Shown here: piece by piece, positions 57,401 to 64,000 of the stretch | How positions within the stretch are numbered: the stretch's first letter is position 1 | How the letters are laid out: the number at the start of each line of letters is the position of its first letter | Assembly: GCA_950097015.1 (NCBI GenBank) | Contig: CATNEN010000039.1 | Location: forward strand, 6,324,001 to 6,388,000 | Length of the DNA: 64,000 nucleotides | Direction of reading: 5' to 3' | Source: Macrostomum hystrix | Taxonomy: Eukaryota; Animalia; Platyhelminthes | Notes under the pieces: generated by a model | What the model was told of the DNA's origin: nothing | Seen by the model: only the letters and a program-made list of their open reading frames with translations | The model's database searches: none | Program-made: the position numbers and the translations under genes

Positions 57401-60225
57401 GGAAGCTGCTGAACGATGTGGAAGCTGCTGAAGGATGTGGAAGCTGCTGAAGGATGTGGAAGCTGCTGAATGATGTGGAAGCTGCTGAAGGATGTGGAAG
57501 CTGCTGAATGATGTGGAAGCTGCTGAAGGATGTGGAAGCTGCTGAAGGATGTAAAAGCTGCTGAAGGATGTGGAAGCTGCTGAAGAATGTAAAAGCTGCT
57601 GAAGGATGTGGAAGCTGCTGAATGATGTGGAAGCTGCTGAAGGATGTGGAAGCTGCTGAATGATGTGGAAGCTGCTGAAGGATGTGGAAGCTGCTGAAGG
57701 ATGTAAAAGCTGCTGAAGGATGTGGAAGCTGCTGAATGATGTGGAAGCTGCTGAAGGATGTGGAAGCTGCTGAATGATGTGGAAGCTGCTGAAGGATGTG
57801 GAAGCTGCTGAAGGATGTGGAAGCTGCTGAATGATGTGGAAGCTGCTGAAGGATGTAAAAGCTGCTGAAGGATGTGGAAGCTGCTGAAGGATGTAAAAGC
57901 TGCTGAAGGATGTGGAAGCTGCTGAAGGATGTAAAAGCTGCTGAAGGATGTGGAAGCTGCTGAAGGATGTGGAAGCTGCTGAAGGATGTAAAAGCTGCTG
58001 AAGGATGTGGAAGCTGCTGAAGAATGTGGAAGCTACAAATTTGCGGGGCAAATATGCACTAGAAGCAACCAGAAGTCTTTAAAAAATCAATTGAACTGTT
58101 CAACCTTCCATCAAACAAGATCTACGTCAACTTCGGCGCCTACAAAGACAAATACGAAGGCATTGACCAGGTGAGCTTCACCTCCGGCAGCGTACAGTTC
58201 GAGGCCCGCCTAATTATGTACGACGGCGGCTATGCGGCCAGCGCTTTGGACGCCGCTCTGACGGCTGGCGTTGCCGCCTTCACAGCTGGTGGCACCTACG
58301 TGATTGACGGGTCTACTGTGACTGTCACAGGTGAATATGACCATAATAATTGACTCTTATTATTAAAGGTTTTATATATATTTTGCAATATTAGTTGCTA
58401 GGCGGGTGAGTGGCAGAGCGGTCTAACGCGTTTATCTCTCGCGCCAATGTCCCCAAGCTCGATTCCACAGCTTATTCTGCTGGATTGTGAGGCCACATAT
58501 ATTTGGGGCGCAGCCGCTGAGAAAATGCTTGGGGGCTTGTCGTGCAATTTAATCTTTCAAGGGCCAAACTCCAAGGCACAGTGAAAGTGTGCACTGCCTG
58601 ACCATGAGAAAGTCAGGGCAGATGTACACACCTGAGTGAGCGAGTGCCTGCGTACGGTATTCGTGTGGTTGTGTGCTCAGGAGTCAGCGAAATGCGCAGA
58701 ATTGCTGCAATTATTATCTATTACTGCTAATTGTGGTTGATAGAGTTAGGTATTATCAGTTGCTATGGAACTTGTGGAGCAGTGGTTAGAGCTTTGGACT
58801 TCTGACTGTGTGGTCAGGAGTTCTAATCTCAGACTAAAGGAAGCTTTTTGTGTCCTTGATTAAGATACTTAGCTCCCAGTGCTTTAGTTTATCCTAGTTA
58901 TTCAGTGGATATCCTTGGATGCCATTAGATGCTACCACTAGATGCTGTTAGATGCCATTAGATGCTGTTAGATGCCATTAGATGCCATTAGATGCCATTA
59001 GATGCCATTAGATGCCATCAGATGCCATTAGATGCCATTAGATGCCATTAGATGCCATCAGATGCCATTAGATGCCATTAGATGCCATTACATGCCATTA
59101 GATGCCATCAGATGCCATCAGATGCCATTAGATGCTATTAGATGTTATTAGAAGCCATTAGATGCCATTAGATGCTACCACTAGATGCCATCAGATGCCA
59201 TCAGATGCCATCAGATGCCATTAGATGCCATTAGATGCTACCATTAGCAGCATCATGTGTTATGGTGTTATAAAAAACTAACACAAACAAAACTGAAATC
59301 CGCTGCAGACTACAACACAAATGCGACAACAACAACCACAATAGCAACAGCTCCTCCTGTCACTGCCAGCCAAATCGATCTGGCCCTGCTTCTAGGCCTG
59401 CTCATTCCTCTGTTGGTGGTGGCCGTCATACTTCTCATTGTGCTCATCCTTCTGTGCAAGTACTGCAGGTGCTGCTGCTTCTCAAAGACCGATTCCGTCA
59501 TCGCCGATGTGAAGGCCGGCCGGGCTCAGGAGATTTCAACCTCAACAGCCGACCTGCTAGTCCAGACGGTGAGGGGTTCTAGCCTAGTGGTTAGGGCGTC
59601 AGACTCACGACTTGAAGGTCGTTGGTTCGACTCCCGGCTTCACTGGAAAAGTTTTTGCCCCTTGGCAAGACAATTAACTTTTGATTGCTTTAGTTCACTC
59701 AGTTGTTAAATTGCATGTGGGAACAGACACCAATTCAGTGACAGTCGACCCGCAGCCAGCGAGGAGGCAATCCTGCCCATTCCGCTGCCTCCTCAATAAA
59801 AACTCTACCATGGGATTTTAGCCCATAATGAGCGTAAACCGCCCGTCATCCTACCGCAGGACAAGCAGCCTCAGTCAGCTAGAGGCGAGCAGTACCAGTA
59901 CAGCGGCGAGGCCGAAGGTTCAAAGAACCAGAACCTCCCAATGCCAACAACGCCGCCTCCGCCGCCGCCGCCTCCGCCGCAGCAGCGGATCGACAGGCGG
60001 AACTTTAGCGACGACAACGAAGATGGAGAAGTCAGGCCGAAGCGATCAAAGAAGCACCGTCGAATCGAAGTGACGCCTTTGGCGCCGGACGACATCCAGG
60101 GCGTGCCGGAGCCGATCGGATTCAACCGGCGGCCGTGGGAGGCGCCGGACAGGCCGGATACGCCCAAAACCGTTTCCATAGAAACCTTCACGTACCAGCT
60201 GAGACAACCGCGGGATTCGGACTGA
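48447..60225 (+). CDS. Type I membrane protein: signal peptide, Ser-rich region, four divergent discoidin/F5-8 type C-like repeats, SEA domain, Thr-rich stalk, TM helix, Cys cluster, polyproline tail, ~1070 aa
   Basis: Eleven phase-consistent GT-AG exons: 48447-48465, 49294-49674, 51504-51670, 52066(alt 52024)-52345, 52717-52898, 54087-54521, 54928-55407, 56022-56450, 58120-58330, 59309-59568, 59860-60225. Repeated W..L.VDL...CR..|VC..G..I.P..GCF units; SEA-like YYRISFKV..FTSGSVQFEARL; TM LALLLGLLIPLLVVAVILLIVLILL followed by CKYCRCCC. Confidence 0.85.
48525..49243. repeat. 18-bp purine-rich minisatellite (GAGGAAGAGTGACAGACT)n filling intron 1
   Basis: Direct inspection. Translates as (RKSDRL)n. 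Confidence 0.97.
49765..51490. repeat. 35-bp pyrimidine-rich minisatellite (TCACTCTATTCTGTAGTTTCTATTCTATTTCCTAC)n filling intron 2
   Basis: About 49 units running to ~13 nt before the acceptor AG at 51503. Confidence 0.97.
51779..51925 (+). mobile_element. SINE family B, 5' (tRNA-head) fragment
   Basis: GGTCGGTGGCAGAGCG..GAGCTCGATTCCGCGG..GGGGCGCAGCCGCGGAGA is the reverse complement of the 53270-53418 segment. Followed by (TAC/TAT)n. Confidence 0.85.
53047..53418 (-). mobile_element. SINE family B, full length with (TTA)n tail
   Basis: tRNA-like head with A-box TGGCAGAGCGG and B-box-like GCTCGATTCC on the minus strand. High similarity to 15795-16151. Confidence 0.9.
54531..54869. repeat. 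14-bp G-rich minisatellite (GGGAAATGGGATAT)n starting 10 nt after the donor of intron 6
   Basis: Direct inspection. Confidence 0.97.
55545..55980. repeat. Two adjacent ~42-bp tandem repeats with internal GGATTC..GAATCC palindromes (intron 7)
   Basis: Units GAATCCCATTCTGTAATTGAGATCCCAAAACTTAGGATTCCAA and AATCCTGAGATTGGGATCAGGAAGCTTTGCTTGAAGGGGATTCCAG. Confidence 0.9.
56495..58033. repeat. 19-bp minisatellite (GAAGCTGCTGAAGGATGTG)n filling intron 8
   Basis: Direct inspection. Explains ORF 57131-58051. Confidence 0.97.
58401..58717 (+). mobile_element. SINE family B copy with an internal 3' deletion
   Basis: Matches the reverse complement of 53047-53418 but jumps from GCAGAATTGC directly to TGCAATTATT. 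Confidence 0.85.
58770..58915 (+). mobile_element. SINE family A copy, diverged
   Basis: GGAGCAGTGGTTAGAGC..GGAGTTCTAATCTC..TGTGTCCTTGATTAAGATACTTAG..TTTAGTTTATCCTAG. Confidence 0.6.
58918..59246. repeat. 10-bp minisatellite (GATGCCATTA)n in intron 9
   Basis: Direct inspection. Confidence 0.97.
59573..59795 (+). mobile_element. SINE family A copy immediately after the intron 10 donor, joined to a segment homologous to the SINE-B 3' region in opposite polarity
   Basis: TAGCCTAGTGG A-box, GGTTCGACTCC B-box and CCTTGGCAAGAC core. 59717-59795 aligns with 53088-53162. Confidence 0.75.
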
Positions 60226-60330
60226 AGCGAAGCCGAAGATCTGCGGGGAGGGAGTTGACAAAAATAGAATTTGAGATTCAAGTTGCTATTTAGTTTAGTT
60301 ACCCACCGGTTGGCATGAATAACATTTGCT

Positions 60331-60688
60331 TGATAGGGAAGGACACCTGTTAGATAGGGTAAAACACCTGTCAGATAGGGTAAGACACCTGTTAGATAGG
60401 GAAAGATACCTGTTAGATAGGTTAAGACACCTGTTAGATAGGGTAAGACACCTGTTAGATAGGGTAAGACACCTTTAGATAGGGTAAGACACCTGTTAGA
60501 TAGGGTAAGACACCTGTTAGATGGTAAGACACCTGTTAGATAGCGAAAGACACCTGTTAGATGGTAAGACACCTGTTAGATAGCAAAAGACACCTGTTAG
60601 ATGGTAAGACACCCGTTAGATACGGTAAGACACCTGTTAGATGGTAAGACACCCGTTAGATACGGTAAGACACCTGTTAGATGGTAAG
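60331..60688. repeat. 19/21-bp minisatellite (TAGATAGGGTAAGACACCTGT)n just downstream of the stop codon (possible 3' UTR)
   Basis: Direct inspection. Confidence 0.95.
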
Positions 60689-61434
60689 ATGTGCAGGCAG
60701 TTTTGTATTTCAGTTTCTTGACATTAACCGCCGTGTTAATTGATCTCAATTTGTTTGCCATTTATTGCGCTTGTCAATAACAAAACAGGTTGTTTTCTGA
60801 TTGTTATGTGAGTATTTTATTGCATACGTCAGCTAACACTGACCCAAAACCAGCTTTTTAGCCATTGTTCAGCAGATTACCTGTTGAAACAGAGAGGCAG
60901 AAAAGTACAACGCGATCTTGTCTAAAATGTTTGCTAAAGTACCAACGAATGTCATTTTACGTATTGAAGGAACAAAGTGCTTATAAACTTGAACCCTGTA
61001 GAAGCAGGATTTTCAGAATTGATTTGGCAGTTTAGTTATCTGTATCCAATTTTATATTATACCAATATATTATACCAAGCCTTTCTGCTTATAAATGCTC
61101 AGATGATAATTTTCTTCACACATTAAAATATCAATATTTTTATTTGCTCTATTACATCTCCAAACCCAGAGATGACTACCGTATGATGCGTACAATTTCA
61201 TAGGGCTGTCAACATAGAATGAAAAATGTAAGTCTTCTTGTTTGCTTAACTTCTTCCAGTACTTTCGTCCGTTTTTGTAGATTTACTACTTTAATTAACA
61301 TAAAGCTAAAGCCATAAATCCATCAACCGATTGACAAATCCTTTGAACGCCTCGCCGATGGGACAGTCGCCCCACTGATTCCTGACCTTCAACTGATTGT
61401 CTGACACCCGACTGACTCTTTGACGGCTTACTGG

Positions 61435-61842
61435 TTCTCTGACACCCCATCATTCTCTGACACCCCACTGATTCTCTGACACCCGTGGCCCCTCTGATTC
61501 TCTGACACCCGTGACCCCTCTGATTCTCTGACACCCCTCTGATTCTCTGACACACACTGATTCTCTGACACACACTGATTCTCTGACACACACTGATTCT
61601 CTGACACCCGTGACCCCTCTGATTCTCTGACACCCCTCTGATTCTCTGACACACACTGATTCTCTGACACACACTGATTCTCTGACACCCACTGATTCTC
61701 TGACACCCCTCTGATTCTCTGACACCCACTGATTCTCTGACACCCCTCTGATTCTCTGACACCCACTGATTCTCTGACACCCCTCTGATTCTCTGACACC
61801 CCTCTGATTCTCTGACACCCCTCTGATTCTCTGACACCCCAA
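61435..61842. repeat. 18-19 bp C-rich minisatellite (CTGATTCTCTGACACCCC)n
   Basis: Direct inspection. Confidence 0.95.
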
Positions 61843-62304
61843 TCACTCATCGTCGTCTGACTGGTCCGCCGACCACCCCATTCTCGGCCCCACTGTGTCT
61901 AAGAAGCCTATGCAAAAACAAGCTCTCCAACGCACGCATATATAGTGAAACAAATATTTACGCTATAGAGTTGTCGTTGAAAAATACTGAGATAGTCCTA
62001 GTATCAAAATTGAACTGAGCTGTCATGCGTGTGACTCTATTCACCTGCCCCAAGCACTGCAGACACAATATCGAGTCATACTTGAGACTGTCAGCTGTTA
62101 AATTTCCCTTCAGTTGACAGATAGCGCAGTTGAATTTGGAAAAGCAAATTGCAAAGTTACTCACTCACTGAGCATTGCATTGAATTAAATTGAGCATTGA
62201 CAGGTGGAATAAAGCGAATAACACTGACAGACAGCATTGGCAAGCTGTCAGCAGAGTCTGATGAGTTAAACAAAGACTTGGCATAGATTGCACGTAAGTT
62301 CAAG

Positions 62305-63195
62305 TTGGGGATGCGGGTTTGTGGTCATGGGATGTGGGGATCAGTTTGGGGGTCATGGGATGTGGGGATCAGTTTGTAGTCATGGGATGTGGGGATCAGT
62401 TTGGGGGTCATGGGATGTGGGGATCAGTTTGGGGGTCATGGGATGTGGGGATCAGTTTGGGGGTCATGGGATGTGGGGATCAGTTTGTAGTCATGGGATG
62501 TGGGGATCAGTTTGTAGTCATGGGATGTGGGGATCAGTTTGTAGTCATGGGATGTGGGGATCAGTTTGGGGGTCATGGGATGTGGGGATCAGTTTGTAGT
62601 CATGGGATGTGGGGATCAGTTTGTAGTCATGGGATGTGGGGATCAGTTTGTAGTCATGGGATGTGGGGATCAGTTTGTAGTCATGGGATGTGGGGATCAG
62701 TTTGTAGTCATGGGATGTGGGGATCAGTTTGAGGGTCATGGGGTGTGGGGATCAGTTTGGGGGTCATTTGATGTGGAGATCAGTTTGGGGGTCATGGGAT
62801 GTGGGGATCAGTTTGGGGGTCATGGCATGTGGGGATCAGTTTGTAGTCATGGGATGTGGGGATCAGTTTGTAGTCATGGGATGTGGGGATCAGTTTGGGG
62901 GTCATGGGATGTGGGGATCAGTTTGGGGGTCATGGGATGTGGGGATCAGTTTGGGGGTCATGGGATGTGGGGATCAGTTTGGGGATCATTTGATGTGGGG
63001 ATCAGTTTGTAGTCATGGGATGTGGGGATCAGTTTGTAGTCATGGGATATGGGGATCAGTTTGGGGATCATTTGATGTGGGGATCAGTTTGGGGGTCATG
63101 GGATGTGGGGATCAGTTTGGGGGTCATGGGATGTGGGGATCAGTTTGGGGGTCTTGGGATGTGGGGATCAGTTTGGGGGTCATTGGATGTGGGGA
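62305..63195. repeat. 26/27-bp G-rich minisatellite (GTCATGGGATGTGGGGATCAGTTTG[GGG/TA])n
   Basis: Direct inspection. Confidence 0.97.
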
Positions 63196-63498
63196 ATAGT
63201 TTCGGGAAACGGAAGGTGGATGTCGGTATAGTCTGGGTGGAGCCGTGCAGCTTTCTACTCAGTTCTAGCGGACAGCTTAAGCATTATTGTAAGGCGGAGC
63301 AGCGGCAAAGAGGGCAGCTGTTGTCGCTTGCTCAGCCAGCCAGCCGTGGCAGCCAGGCGGCACGTGTGCTCACGTGTCAGGTGCAAAATCCCATGCGATA
63401 GGTAAAATTTGCGCGGGGGAGTCGCCAGGTTTGGCTCGGACAGCGCAGCTGCTATAAGATCTGCTCTAGAAATTAAGGAGAGGCGAACAGCTGTTGCA

Positions 63499-63499
<1 letters not shown>

Positions 63500-63549
<50 letters not shown>
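63500..63549. repeat. (GT)n microsatellite
   Basis: About 25 perfect units. Confidence 0.98.
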
Positions 63550-63551
<2 letters not shown>

Positions 63552-63759
63552 TGTGGGCCGCAGATATCTAGCCACAGCTGAGTGAGTGGCATTCTTAGTT
63601 CAGCTGTTTCGCTTCCTTCTTATTGGCTGACAAACTTCAGCGAGTTACAATTGAGCAAATAGTAGGCAAATAAGGGTGCACTCGGGTGCTGCTCGCTGTG
63701 GAACCTAAACTGAAAAATACCCCGATTTAGCCCTACAATTTCTCAAGATTGATTGCAGC

Positions 63760-63787
63760 ATGGAAGCAGATGAGCGGGAAGTTACAG
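63760..63787 (+). CDS. Possible short first coding exon (MEADEREVT) of a gene continuing beyond the window
   Basis: GCAGCATGG start context and a strong donor CAG|GTAAGC at 63787/63788. No other support. Confidence 0.25.
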
Positions 63788-64000
63788 GTAAGCAACTTGA
63801 AGACTATCTTTGGTTCTCATTGTCAGGAGATTATCTTGAATTGTCAGAGGACAGTCGAGGTTATAGGAAAGATCTCTGTGCGTCTTTCACGAACTGCAAG
63901 TCAAACCGAATTTCTTCTTCGAGTGTCCGGGCAATCACCAAGCGGAGCCGTCAGCAGCTCGGCAGCCCTGGCAGGTGTCAATCTGCCGAGCCTAACAGCG

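Noticed and set aside
61885-61897. Transib-like terminus CCCCACTGTG next to the 61.4-kb array
   Set aside because: No matching CACAGTG left end found nearby.

Overview
Eukaryotic (metazoan) genomic DNA with spliceosomal introns, polyQ tracts and a very high density of intronic and intergenic minisatellites. The style suggests a free-living flatworm such as Macrostomum, but that is an inference. Five gene models could be built by hand from splice sites and reading-frame phase: (1) a 3-exon TGF-beta/activin-group ligand on the minus strand (5522-7477); (2) a single-exon 4-EF-hand calmodulin-like protein (16589-16987, minus); (3) a large type I membrane protein with WSC-like, EGF and TSP1 modules (18832-26152, one junction unresolved, one GC-AG intron); (4) a 4-exon PR/SET-domain, six-finger C2H2 (PRDM-type) factor (29947-39567); (5) an 11-exon type I membrane protein with four divergent discoidin/F5-8C-like repeats and a SEA domain (48447-60225). 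Mobile DNA includes two tRNA-derived SINE families, a decayed CRE-type non-LTR fragment and a hAT-like MITE end. Most long ORFs in the supplied track are translations of tandem repeats. The most interesting pattern is that the minisatellites look organised: G-rich arrays sit at donor sites, C-rich arrays at acceptors, and neighbouring arrays are often partly reverse-complementary. This may indicate a repeat-mediated intron-bridging or pre-mRNA structure system, which is untested.
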